Source: Dehalococcoidia bacterium
GTDB lineage: Bacteria > Chloroflexota > Dehalococcoidia > Lucifugimonadales > UBA3495
Direction: 5' to 3'
DNA length: 64,000 nt
NCBI GenBank assembly: GCA_965116565.1
Contig: OZ220699.1
Coordinates: forward strand, 3,790,849-3,854,848
The position numbers were made by a program, and so were the translations under genes. Below the pieces are notes generated by a model. The model was not told where the DNA came from, searched no databases, and saw nothing but the letters and a program-made list of their open reading frames with translations. Positions 46,374-55,567 of the stretch are shown in pieces; positions within the stretch are counted from its first letter, which is position 1, and each line of letters starts with the position of its first letter.

Positions 46374-46844
46374 ATGCCCTACGCCGCACAGACCAAGGTT
46401 CCCATCTCCAGGACCAAGACAGACATTGAGGAGTTGCTGGGAAAGCACGGTGCCCTCGGATTCGCCTATGCAACCGAGAGCGACCGCGCGCTCATAGCGT
46501 TCAACATGGCGGGGCGACGCGTGCAGATCATGCTGGTGATGCCGTCGGTGGACGATTTCGCCAGGACGCCGCGGAACGCCCGGCGTTCGGCAGCCGCGCA
46601 GCAGTCAGCGTGGGAACAGGCCTGCCGCCAGCGGTGGCGGGCCCTGCTGCTGATCATTCGGGCCAAGCTGGAGGCGGTGGAATCCGGCATCACCACGTTG
46701 GAGAGCGAGTTCCTGGCCAACCTGGTTTTACCCGACGGCGGCACGGTGGGAGATTGGTTGGCGCCACAGATTGACCAGGCGTACGCGACGGGCAGAATGC
46801 CGCCGATGCTTAAATCTGGTACATCCTCGAAGGGTATTGAATAG
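46374..46844 (+). CDS. Hypothetical protein (phage-like)
   Basis: ATG at 46374 after AGGAG. 156 aa with balanced composition. Confidence 0.5.
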   Translation: MPYAAQTKVPISRTKTDIEELLGKHGALGFAYATESDRALIAFNMAGRRVQIMLVMPSVDDFARTPRNARRSAAAQQSAWEQACRQRWRALLLIIRAKLEAVESGITTLESEFLANLVLPDGGTVGDWLAPQIDQAYATGRMPPMLKSGTSSKGIE

Positions 46845-46872
46845 TTGCAGGTGTGCGGCATGGAGCGCGTAG

Positions 46873-48420
46873 TTAGTTGATTGAATCGCGGACTCTGTCG
46901 AAAATCGATCCAATGTGTTCGATCATAGGGGCAAGCCAACTTGGAGTGGGGATTTGGGTGCCAACCATGATAAGGCTCAGCAGCGTTAGCGCAACTACAA
47001 ACCGCGTCAGCCTTGTTATGGCTTTCTGAAGCCGTACATCCTCTGTGGCGGCTCTTACCGTTCCCAATTGCGCAAGTTGGTCCATCACGGATTGGTTGGT
47101 GATACCAAGCCACTGCGCCCGTTCGCTGATCGAATTGAGCAGCATATCCAAAAGCGTGTCGTTGCCGGGGTATAGCTGCGGTTGGCATGGCCGGAACCGC
47201 CCTCCATCATGAATTGGCCTGCGACGCAACTTTTTGGCTTCAGTTAGGTCAGATGCGACCGCGGCGACGTCAGTCAGATTGGCAATATGGCTACCCACAA
47301 TCTCCAAGGCTTTCGACACGTTGGTCGTGTTACCGACCCTTCCGGCTCCTGAATTCCGGACTCTGTTGATTCGTTCTGTGTACCCGCTCAATAGAGGCCA
47401 GAGCGCCCAACAGTCCAAGAAATCGGGAATCATGTGGGAAACGAAATTTACTCGCGCGTGCCTTGGCTCCTTACCGTACATTTCGAATTCGCCTGTCGGC
47501 CAATTTTGTTCGTTAATTGCGAGAACCGCATGGTGTCGCGGGCCGTTTCGTGAGCCAGCATCGACCGCAAACCTAAGGCCGGATATCTGAGTGTGTGCCC
47601 ACGCTGCCCAGTTTCGGTGAACCCCAAGTATGCTCATATATCGTTCGTCTGGATTATTGAACTGTTCGGTTGGGCCGAAAGGGTCCCCTTTCCTTAGAGT
47701 AAAAAACTCGCAAGTGGGCAATTGCCCTCCCAATAATCCTTCGGAGAAGACGCCTGGCATATATTCTCGAAACCATGATGCGGCGCGCTGGGACATCTGG
47801 GTGCGGAGCGTTTCGACGGCGTTTTTCTTTTGTGTTTCAGGTTCGAAATACGAAGCTCCCCCGCGGAATGGTACCGTGTAGGTCTCCCGGTCCACGCGAA
47901 GTAGATCGTCGAAGCACGTTGCGAATTCGTTGTCAAATACGAAGCACACTGTGACGCTGATGATTGACGGTGAAACGGATGACATCCTCCCCTTCGCGTA
48001 AGCCACCCCCTCCGGAAGTTCCATGTAACGGTCGAGGGACAGGAACAACGGGGCGCTTCCCTTGGGTTGCCATAATCCTAGGTCCAACCAAGAAGCGGCG
48101 AACGGGCTCCTCACGGTGTTGTCTAACCAGGCAGCGACCGTCGTACGCTGCGGGGAAGACGTTCGAGAAGCGTTATCCAAGTTGATTGCAGATTTCGCTA
48201 GATCGTCCATGTGAGCTGGCGTGTAGAACTCAACGGCCCACATGCAGCATAGGTCCACGTATTCGTCGTCTGGCGGTGTAGTAGCGGAATTCTCTGCATG
48301 ATCTCTTTCACGCGTCAGAGCCAGCATGTCTTCCGAGTTCGACGCATGCCCCTTACGCCACGGAAACCCCAGCTTATTTGTAAGGTTGACCAAAGTTTTA
48401 TCGATGAGTTCGGGTTTCAT
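46873..48420 (-). CDS. Hypothetical 515-aa protein with C-terminal TM anchor, AT-rich orphan
   Basis: Clean long ORF. Single C-terminal hydrophobic helix FVVALTLLSLIMVGTQI. No motif recognised. Confidence 0.6.
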   Translation of the reverse strand: MKPELIDKTLVNLTNKLGFPWRKGHASNSEDMLALTRERDHAENSATTPPDDEYVDLCCMWAVEFYTPAHMDDLAKSAINLDNASRTSSPQRTTVAAWLDNTVRSPFAASWLDLGLWQPKGSAPLFLSLDRYMELPEGVAYAKGRMSSVSPSIISVTVCFVFDNEFATCFDDLLRVDRETYTVPFRGGASYFEPETQKKNAVETLRTQMSQRAASWFREYMPGVFSEGLLGGQLPTCEFFTLRKGDPFGPTEQFNNPDERYMSILGVHRNWAAWAHTQISGLRFAVDAGSRNGPRHHAVLAINEQNWPTGEFEMYGKEPRHARVNFVSHMIPDFLDCWALWPLLSGYTERINRVRNSGAGRVGNTTNVSKALEIVGSHIANLTDVAAVASDLTEAKKLRRRPIHDGGRFRPCQPQLYPGNDTLLDMLLNSISERAQWLGITNQSVMDQLAQLGTVRAATEDVRLQKAITRLTRFVVALTLLSLIMVGTQIPTPSWLAPMIEHIGSIFDRVRDSIN

Positions 48421-48492
48421 TTTTCAATCACCCATCAGAGGTCGGTATTGTCAACTGCGCTGCCCTGAGAAAGGACAGCTTACCTACAATCG

Positions 48493-49062
48493 TTATGGCA
48501 CGTCGCTAACGTCTCCCAGCGTGTCCGGCGCCAGCACCAGGTAGGTGTTGAGCGTCACGGTGGGGCTTCTATGGCCCAATCAAACAGAAACGGCGTTGAC
48601 GTTCAGGCCGGACTGCAGCCAATGCCGGGCGCAACTGTGGCGCAAACTGTGGCTGGCGGGTCGCTTCACGCCGGTTCCCGTAGCGGCCGCCTGAAGACCG
48701 GCATTGGCGATCCCGTCAGCGATCCAGCGGGCCGCGGTCCTCGGCGAAAGTGGCTTGCCGCCACGACCGGTGAAGACCTTGTCGCCTGGGCTTCGATTGG
48801 GAACTGAGCGGAAGGCGTCCACGAGCTCTGGGTGCGCCGGAACCACGCGGTACTTGCCGCCCTTCCCGTTGCGGACCGTCAACGATGGCTGAGCGCTGGC
48901 GAATTGCAGATCGCGCCACTCTAGGTTGAGGGCTTCGGCCTGGCGAAGGGCGGTGCGCCAGAGCAGCAACCCGAGCAGCCATGGTTGTCCGGGCGGCAAG
49001 GCGTCCAAGATCATCTTCACTTGGTCAGGGGTCCAGTAGTGGGGGAGCCCTCGTGTGGCCAT
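48493..49062 (-). pseudogene. Short tyrosine recombinase (catalytic domain only) with an in-frame TGA at a conserved Trp position
   Basis: WRTALRQAEAL (Arg I) and HSLRHSCA (HxxR). Then ...NAVSV-TGA-LGHRSPTVTLNTYL continues in frame and supplies the LGH and catalytic Tyr motifs. The TGA is at 48580-48582. Confidence 0.7.
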
Positions 49063-49077
49063 GGCCCGAGTTTAACA

Positions 49078-49104
49078 TGGCAGACTTCCGTTCAAACTCT
49101 GCCA
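49078..49104. repeat. Hairpin of the TGGCAGAsT...AsTCTGCCA family (imperfect copy)
   Basis: TGGCAGACT-TCCGTTCAA-ACTCTGCCA, between the integrase start and the next gene's 3' end. Confidence 0.6.
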
Positions 49105-49236
49105 ATCGGCTCTCGGCGGCCAACCGAAAGACCAACCCGATGCGCCGCCGGAACGATGGTGAAACTGGGCAACACCCAACGGTGGCCGGTATCGCCCGGG
49201 CCAACATTTCCCGGACCGGTGGTCACACAAAGGCGG

Positions 49237-50061
49237 TTAGGGGTTGGGCGATGGTCCTCCGAAATCGATAAATGCACCGGGGTCTTCCTCATCGTTGACC
49301 CTTATGTGTACTGCCACCTGAGCGGTGCCGTCAGGGTCGTATCCCAGCACTTCGATCACAGACTCGCTTGGCACGGTGCCCGGTGGTAGTCCCTTGATAG
49401 CGGCACCCCGAATTTTGGTTACCACTGCGTCCTGTGGAGGTGCATTCGGCTGCGAAGCGTGGATAATCCCGTTGGCGTACCTTTTCGGTTCGGCTACGCT
49501 GGCGAACGTAAACAGGTCGGGGTCGGCTTTGTTTTTGGCCCTCGGATTGGGAACGTACAGATGGTCGCTCCAGGTCGAATGTAGGATCCCAGAACAATGT
49601 TCGTATTTGCCAAATAGCCCATGAGCGTCGTCAGTACCGTCCCACAAGTTGCACCACTTCCCGGCTCGGAATCGCCAAGCCCCAAAAGCCACGTCCATGA
49701 TGGAACTGTCGTACATAGAGCAGTCTCGGTTTTCTATGGCGACGACTAGCGGAAGGCTTCCGGTCCAATCCATCGAATATTTTTTTAATTTCTGTTCGAT
49801 CGAATGGTACAAACGGCAGTTGAGTTCGTTCGGTTCAGTGCTACCGAAAATGTGGTCAGCGTGCCGGCAACTGATCCCGCGTTCCAAGGTAGTGCATTCG
49901 ATTACGGTCTTATGTCCGAGTAAATTGGTCGCGAGCAAATCAGGCGTTTTCCCACCGATGTTCGGCTCGCGTTTTATCAATGCCGACTGACTTACCAGTC
50001 TGGTCAAGGTGTTTTCGTACCGCAACCCGTTGTCTAGCACATTGTCGTCCCAGTTCCGCAT
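49237..50061 (-). CDS. Hypothetical 274-aa protein (possible PD-(D/E)XK-like N-terminus)
   Basis: AT-rich ORF. GKTPDLLA...VIECTT loosely resembles a PD...ExK core. Weak. Confidence 0.55.
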   Translation of the reverse strand: MRNWDDNVLDNGLRYENTLTRLVSQSALIKREPNIGGKTPDLLATNLLGHKTVIECTTLERGISCRHADHIFGSTEPNELNCRLYHSIEQKLKKYSMDWTGSLPLVVAIENRDCSMYDSSIMDVAFGAWRFRAGKWCNLWDGTDDAHGLFGKYEHCSGILHSTWSDHLYVPNPRAKNKADPDLFTFASVAEPKRYANGIIHASQPNAPPQDAVVTKIRGAAIKGLPPGTVPSESVIEVLGYDPDGTAQVAVHIRVNDEEDPGAFIDFGGPSPNP

Positions 50062-50238
50062 GATTCCACTATACTCCGCTGAAGGGTCTACCGCGACCGA
50101 TCTCCAGATCCCTGCCTACGACGTCTTTTCTATTTGGGTAGGGTTTCACAAGCAGCAGTTGCTTTCGGCACCGAGTGGTAACATGTCTCAATGGCCGAGT
50201 TTATACCAAGTTGGTCATTCTGTTCCGGGTGGTTGAGT

Positions 50239-51414
50239 TCAGGGTCGTTTGGACAATAAGACCTCCAGCTGATCGCTCAACCCTGATGCTAACCGAGACG
50301 CCCAGCGGGAACGTTTCATCGGGTGGTAAGACGCTGACATCTGACGATCTATCTGCGGCGCGATTGTTTCGGCTTCCTTGTGCGCACGAAGAAATGCCTC
50401 TCCCGTTTCTTTCTGCAAAGCATTCACGATTATCAACGCGACTGCCTGATCGATCGACGGGTTTAAACTCACCAAAGAAGCGGTGATATGAGTTAGCGAC
50501 AATGCTACGCCATGCCCTGGGTCCGCCAACCCTAGAGTGCTCGGTCCAGTGAGCAAGACCTCGCCTCGGTGGACATCTGCCAAACCCAGTTTGAAGAACG
50601 CTGCGTGTGCGTTTGGATGAACGTTGTGGTTAGCCATTTGGTAGTATGGCCGCAAGTGGTCCAACCCTACAACTTCCTCGATGTCCACGAACGTCGGCCG
50701 ATTTTTTCCTAAGGCGGACGAGGCCCACCCGTAATCGAAACCGAAGGATTCGCCATACTTGCCAACCAGTGAGTGGTACCGCTCGTCCAAAACGTCGATT
50801 TCGGCTTGAGTGAGCGGGTCGAGTTCAGCCTGAATCTCGTGCGCCTTGTACGCCCGCGCTAATTTTCGTTGCTGGACTACGCCGTGGCTCAAATACCGTT
50901 CAGCCACATCCTCACCGTGTTCGCTGATGAAACTGGCGACTACTGCTAACTCATGAAGGGACCTCCAACGTGCATGAGCATCGTCGGCGAATCCCGAACG
51001 TAACAAGGCTAGTATCGCCCGTGACATTTGGCATCCTCTCGCGTGGATAGCCGCCAAAGCATCGAGAGCGTGGTTGCGAACATTTCCGTGATCCTCAGTT
51101 GGCACGATGCTTTCGATCGTCCCAATCCCGACTTCTTCCGCTATTTCGACGGTCAACTGGAGCAACTGGAGAGGCCTTGCCCAGTGTTTGGCCAGCTCAC
51201 GTTCGAATCTTTCCCTTTGCCGTCGCCGTCGCTTCAACTCGCGCTTGGCATCCTTTTTGATCTGGGTTGCGACCACGTCCGCGGCAATTTCAGCAAACTT
51301 GGGGAGGATCTCGCTCGTTAATCTGGCCAGATCTTCCCCATTGGGCTTAACATCCCCCTGTTCTATCGCTGTGGCGATAACAGTTTCTGTCAGCAATTTT
51401 TCGAGTGGTCGCAT
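50239..51414 (-). CDS. DUF5677-like protein (391 aa)
   Basis: Helical protein. The region ARGCQMSRAILALLRSGFADDAHARWRSLHELAVVASFI resembles the DUF5677 core as I recall it. Confidence 0.55.
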   Translation of the reverse strand: MRPLEKLLTETVIATAIEQGDVKPNGEDLARLTSEILPKFAEIAADVVATQIKKDAKRELKRRRRQRERFERELAKHWARPLQLLQLTVEIAEEVGIGTIESIVPTEDHGNVRNHALDALAAIHARGCQMSRAILALLRSGFADDAHARWRSLHELAVVASFISEHGEDVAERYLSHGVVQQRKLARAYKAHEIQAELDPLTQAEIDVLDERYHSLVGKYGESFGFDYGWASSALGKNRPTFVDIEEVVGLDHLRPYYQMANHNVHPNAHAAFFKLGLADVHRGEVLLTGPSTLGLADPGHGVALSLTHITASLVSLNPSIDQAVALIIVNALQKETGEAFLRAHKEAETIAPQIDRQMSASYHPMKRSRWASRLASGLSDQLEVLLSKRP

Positions 51415-51427
51415 AGCTATATTCTAC

Positions 51428-51458
51428 AATGGCAGACTTTGACCGAAAGTCTGCCATT
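51428..51458. repeat. Perfect 13-bp-stem hairpin AATGGCAGACTTT-GACCG-AAAGTCTGCCATT
   Basis: Read directly. Lies 14 nt upstream of the 50239..51414 start. Confidence 0.8.
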
Positions 51459-51522
51459 TTCCTTCCCTTTCGGCGGACCTCGGCAGCTGTGTTACGCACG
51501 GCGCCGGTCCGGATCGGACTTG

Positions 51523-51555
51523 GAATGGCAGAGTTGCTAATGAACTCTGCCATTC
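51523..51555. repeat. Perfect 13-bp-stem hairpin GAATGGCAGAGTT-GCTAATG-AACTCTGCCATTC
   Basis: Read directly. Same family as 51428 and 49078. Confidence 0.8.
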
Positions 51556-51951
51556 GACCGTGGACCGATAAGCGGACCCAACGACATCACCCAACATTCC
51601 AGCCCAGCCGGCGCGTTGGCGGCACCTCGCGGCAAATTGTGACCTCAGAAACGGTTGGATCAGCGCTCAGTTGGCGGAAATCGCATTGCGATGGGCCCGG
51701 AGTTGTACGTCGGCGCAATAACACTTATCTGTTTTTAGCCTTCAACTCACTTCTGGACGGGATCCCGCTCCCGGTCAAGGTAGCGATGATGATGGTTCCA
51801 GAGAACGTGGCGAGATTGATGCGCCACGTTATTCTTGGGGCTCTGGTCAGTACTTCGCCTTCGGCCCGTCTGCCGCCCGCGCACGGGTGCGTGTACGACG
51901 ATCCCGTCGTGGCGGCTTGTCTTGGATAGCCGCCGGTCGTACACTCAAAGA

Positions 51952-53196
51952 ATGTCGCAGTACGAACAGAGACCCTCCCCATACGGTTCGGCGCGTGACC
52001 TGCCGTCTTTTCAAGAGATCACCCGTCAGATTCAAGGCAGTAAACTGCTGGCCCGATTCATTGGGCGCGATCAGCGCTCCCAGTTTCTCGAAATTGAACA
52101 TCAACTGAATAACCTTGTGGCCGTCGTCGACCGCTTCTACGACCGGCTAGGACCGCGGAACTGGATATTCCACGATTCGCTCAACGTCTCGGCCGTTGAG
52201 GCGATTCTCGACCAAACGAACAACTGCGAAGAGGCTGAACAGCGACTCATTGCGATCTATCGAGACGAAGACTATCTGAATTTCTGGACTGGCCGGCTGT
52301 GTAGTATCGACGGCCTCAGAGAGCGTGCCCACCTGATCGATCGGGCTCTCGAGCACTATTGCGCGGGCCAGTTCGACAGCGCCGTTCTCCATCTGATCGC
52401 TGTGACGGATGGGTTCGTCAACGATTTCGAGCCGGATCGGAGACGCGGCCTTCACTCGCGCGACCCGGATTCGATGATCGCCTGGGACAGTGTCGTTGGT
52501 CATCATTTGGGGCTAACGCACGCTCTCAAGTCATACCACAAGGCGATTAACAAGCGGTTAGACGAGGAGGTCTACGAGTTGCACCGCCACGGGATAGTCC
52601 ACGGCACAATCACGAGATTCGACAATATAGTCGTCGCGACAAAAGCGTGGAACATGCTGTTCGCGGTTGTCGACTGGGCGAAGGCAAGCGTGAAGGCATG
52701 CCAGCCGAAAGTTCCTGAACCGACGTTCCGGGAAATACTACGACAGATGGTTGCAAACACACGAACGAAGAACATGTTGGAAACCTGGCAACCGAGCCGC
52801 CTTTCCGATTCAGATGCGGGGTTCGAAGAGCACAAGATCCACGTACTAACGGTGAAGTTTCTGACCAGTTGGCGTGATCGCAACTTCGGTAAGCTGGCGC
52901 TCTTCCCAAGTAGACAATTCGATATCGGAGACGCAACACCGCGACAATTGGCAGGGCAAATGCGGGGGATTTTTGAGGGTTTCGTCCTTTCGGAATTTCG
53001 GGTCCAAGAGTTGGAAAACCCTGCGCTTGCCATTTGGGTGTCGAGGGGGGACGCGACGGTGAACGGTGCACTAGGCAGCTATGAATGCCGATGGGCCCTC
53101 GAGGAAGCTGACGGGAGCTTCGGGTACGGCTCCGATTCGGCGCAGTGGCGCCTAGTATTCTACGACCCCGCCGTTGTCTGGCGGCCGAGTGAGTAG
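51952..53196 (+). CDS. Hypothetical 414-aa protein with HEPN-like Rx4H motif
   Basis: ATG at 51952. The central helical region contains YELHRHGIVHGT (R-x4-H followed by G). Confidence 0.55.
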   Translation: MSQYEQRPSPYGSARDLPSFQEITRQIQGSKLLARFIGRDQRSQFLEIEHQLNNLVAVVDRFYDRLGPRNWIFHDSLNVSAVEAILDQTNNCEEAEQRLIAIYRDEDYLNFWTGRLCSIDGLRERAHLIDRALEHYCAGQFDSAVLHLIAVTDGFVNDFEPDRRRGLHSRDPDSMIAWDSVVGHHLGLTHALKSYHKAINKRLDEEVYELHRHGIVHGTITRFDNIVVATKAWNMLFAVVDWAKASVKACQPKVPEPTFREILRQMVANTRTKNMLETWQPSRLSDSDAGFEEHKIHVLTVKFLTSWRDRNFGKLALFPSRQFDIGDATPRQLAGQMRGIFEGFVLSEFRVQELENPALAIWVSRGDATVNGALGSYECRWALEEADGSFGYGSDSAQWRLVFYDPAVVWRPSE

Positions 53197-53288
53197 AAAT
53201 ATGGCCGTTGTGTGACGCGCAGTCGCCCAGGCCGTAGTAGGATGTCCATGAGCCACGTACAGCGATAACCAATTTCGCCGACCGAACT

Positions 53289-53628
53289 ATCTGGACCGGG
53301 GACAACCCAGACAATCCCGCGCGACCTCAACTCCGCGTCGGTTGACCTCATCTACCTGGACCCGCCGTTCAACTCCTACCGCAATCATGCTGCACCGGTG
53401 GGTAGCGCAGCAGCCGGCGCCGCTTTCAATGACACCTGGACGCTGTCCGATATGGACGTGGCCTGTATAGGTTTGAGCGCCGATGAGCATCCGGCCATTT
53501 ACTATGCACTCCAAGCTGCCGACCTCACTTACGGCTATTCGAAGACCAGATCAGGCTCTGTGGCAGGTCCAAGAAGACGGCCGTTTCTCTTATTGTCTGG
53601 ACTCGATCAACAAGATCCTCATCCGTAA
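53289..53628 (+). pseudogene. Remnant of an N4/N6 DNA methyltransferase (N-terminal part only, frameshifted)
   Basis: IWTGDN in one frame, then after a +1 shift DLNSASVDLIYLDPPFNSYRNHAAPVGSAAAGAAFNDTWTLSD. No AdoMet-binding half follows. Confidence 0.65.
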
Positions 53629-53800
53629 CGGCGTCCCGCCTATCTCCGAGAAGGCTCACTTCCGGTACTTGAAGCGAGCTTGCGATGAGTACGCGGCCAT
53701 GAGGCGTCACCAGTGGCGTACAACAAGGATGAGATGCTTGGCCAGCTGATCAGGCGCTACAACCAAATCAGCCAGGCCCGGGTGACATTAGAGGTGTCCA

Positions 53801-55123
53801 ATGGCCCTAGACAAACAGACCGTACTCAGACCCGCCAACAGCTGCGTTTGGTACGTCCTGGCGACAATCCACGGCGAACCGGGGCAGAGTCCGAACCCTC
53901 GCGAGACACAGCAGCGAAATCGGGAATTTTGGAACTCGCTTATGAGCAGGCGGGTCGGTCCCACCTTGTCGTTGCTATGGCCTGAGCGACGAATGGAGGG
54001 ATTGCCTCGGTGGGGTGATGAGCAAGAGAGAATCGCAGCGGAACTTTTGCCTGTTCGAGGGTTTCGTCGCGCCGATGTTCCCGACTTGAACAGCACCATC
54101 GATTTCTCCGGCGTCGACTTCCGGGAAGAAACTTGCTTCGATGGCTTCGTGTTCGCCGGCCCAGTCGCGTTCGATGGGGCCAGGTTTGGAGTTGGATCCC
54201 ATAGTTTCAATGGCGCAATATTTGACCAACAGGCGACTTTCGATAGGGCAGAGTTCGTTGGCGAGTTCTCAGGCTCCCGCATGCTTTTCTCATCGCTCGC
54301 AAGTTTCAAAGGCGTAAAATTCCGTTCAAACGCGCTCTTTGGAAACAGCCAATTTCGGACTGACCCCAATTTCAGTAGCGCATTATTCGAACAACGTGCT
54401 TGGTTTCACGGCTGCACTTTTGGAGACGCAGCCAGGTTCACGGACACTGAGTTCCGCGGCGTAACTGACTTTGATCAGGTGGAAATCCAGAACAGCTGCC
54501 TTTTTCGGGGCGCCTCGTTTGATGGGACCGTGCCGAGATTCTTCGGGGCCACGCTTCCGGAATACACCGATTGGCATGGTGCGAAATGGCCCAAAGTGGC
54601 TACGAAAGCCGACGAGGCCCTGGACCAGTTACAGGCATATCAACGACTGGCCCGGATGATGAACGGCCTGGAGAAGTTCGACGACCAGCGTATGTTCGTA
54701 CGACAGGAGATGCGCGTGCGACGGCGGGTCGATGGTTGGTTTCCCGTAGGGTCGATGAACCTAGCTTACGAGCTCATCTGCGATTACGGCCATGGCCTGC
54801 GGAGAGTCGCGGGATGGTGGCTAGCTCATATGTTGTCGGGGGCGATAGCGCTTAGTTTCTCCAAATTCATTCGATCATCAGACCAAGAGCCCGCATGGCA
54901 GGCGATACGCGAGTCGTTTTCAGAATTTGGTTCGGCAATGCTGGTCAGTGCAGGCAACGCCCACGGGTTTCTAAGGTTGAACGATCAGTTTTTTGGCGAG
55001 GCAACGAAGGTTTTCAAAGACCTCCCCGGATACAATGGGATAGGTGCGTTTCAAACCATCGTCGGGGTCATCATCTTGTTCTTCCTACTTTTGACTATTC
55101 GCAACCGTTTCCGCATGCGATAG
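53801..55123 (+). CDS. Pentapeptide-repeat protein with C-terminal transmembrane region
   Basis: GAGGTG upstream of the ATG. Has a long run of A(D/N)LxX-type pentapeptides (FSGVDFREETCFDGFVFAGPVAFDGARF...) and C-terminal helices WWLAHMLSGAIALSF and IGAFQTIVGVIILFFLLLTI. Confidence 0.7.
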   Translation: MALDKQTVLRPANSCVWYVLATIHGEPGQSPNPRETQQRNREFWNSLMSRRVGPTLSLLWPERRMEGLPRWGDEQERIAAELLPVRGFRRADVPDLNSTIDFSGVDFREETCFDGFVFAGPVAFDGARFGVGSHSFNGAIFDQQATFDRAEFVGEFSGSRMLFSSLASFKGVKFRSNALFGNSQFRTDPNFSSALFEQRAWFHGCTFGDAARFTDTEFRGVTDFDQVEIQNSCLFRGASFDGTVPRFFGATLPEYTDWHGAKWPKVATKADEALDQLQAYQRLARMMNGLEKFDDQRMFVRQEMRVRRRVDGWFPVGSMNLAYELICDYGHGLRRVAGWWLAHMLSGAIALSFSKFIRSSDQEPAWQAIRESFSEFGSAMLVSAGNAHGFLRLNDQFFGEATKVFKDLPGYNGIGAFQTIVGVIILFFLLLTIRNRFRMR

Positions 55124-55291
55124 AAGCCAAATTTTGGACGGCGGGATCACTGGCGAGTCGTGCGGCCTACCCCGACTAAAACAAAGTGAGCTATGCGTTC
55201 CGGTGGAATTGAACCTGGACGCGTCATTGGCGGGTGGAGGGTAGTCGGTCGTAAGGTCTCACGTTGTTGCATCGTGCGGACACAGTCGCTG

Positions 55292-55567
55292 CTAAGTGCG
55301 CTTTTGATACTGATTTTGGTTCCCACAATAGAGTTTACGTAAATCCATTTGTTCGAGGAGATTGGTGCCGCCCTCGATTGCGTTTTTCGTCAGGCGGCTT
55401 CGAGCCTTTCCGATAGATGGTTTTCGTCTCGCATCTAATCGGATTACGTCGCACCAGTCGTCCAATGCTATCGTGACCTCGACGAATTTCGTTACATAAC
55501 CGAAGCCGGCAACCCAGAGCCCCGCGGCGAGGCTATTGATACCGATTTCAGGGCGCGAATAGCGCAA
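55292..55567 (-). CDS. Hypothetical small protein (uncertain)
   Basis: 91-aa ORF. May be the 3' part of a frameshifted gene together with 55548..55736. Confidence 0.3.
   Translation of the reverse strand: MRYSRPEIGINSLAAGLWVAGFGYVTKFVEVTIALDDWCDVIRLDARRKPSIGKARSRLTKNAIEGGTNLLEQMDLRKLYCGNQNQYQKRT

Larger units (their letters stand above)
32358..49104 (+). mobile_element. Putative integrated phage/plasmid-like element next to tRNA-Ser (replication, ParB, methylase, HNH, IS, degraded integrase; no virion genes); boundaries not defined
   Basis: Starts right after the tRNA. Contains about 20 co-directional, often 4-nt-overlapping small ORFs typical of phage early regions, and a tyrosine recombinase gene at the far end. 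No att repeats found by eye. Confidence 0.45.
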
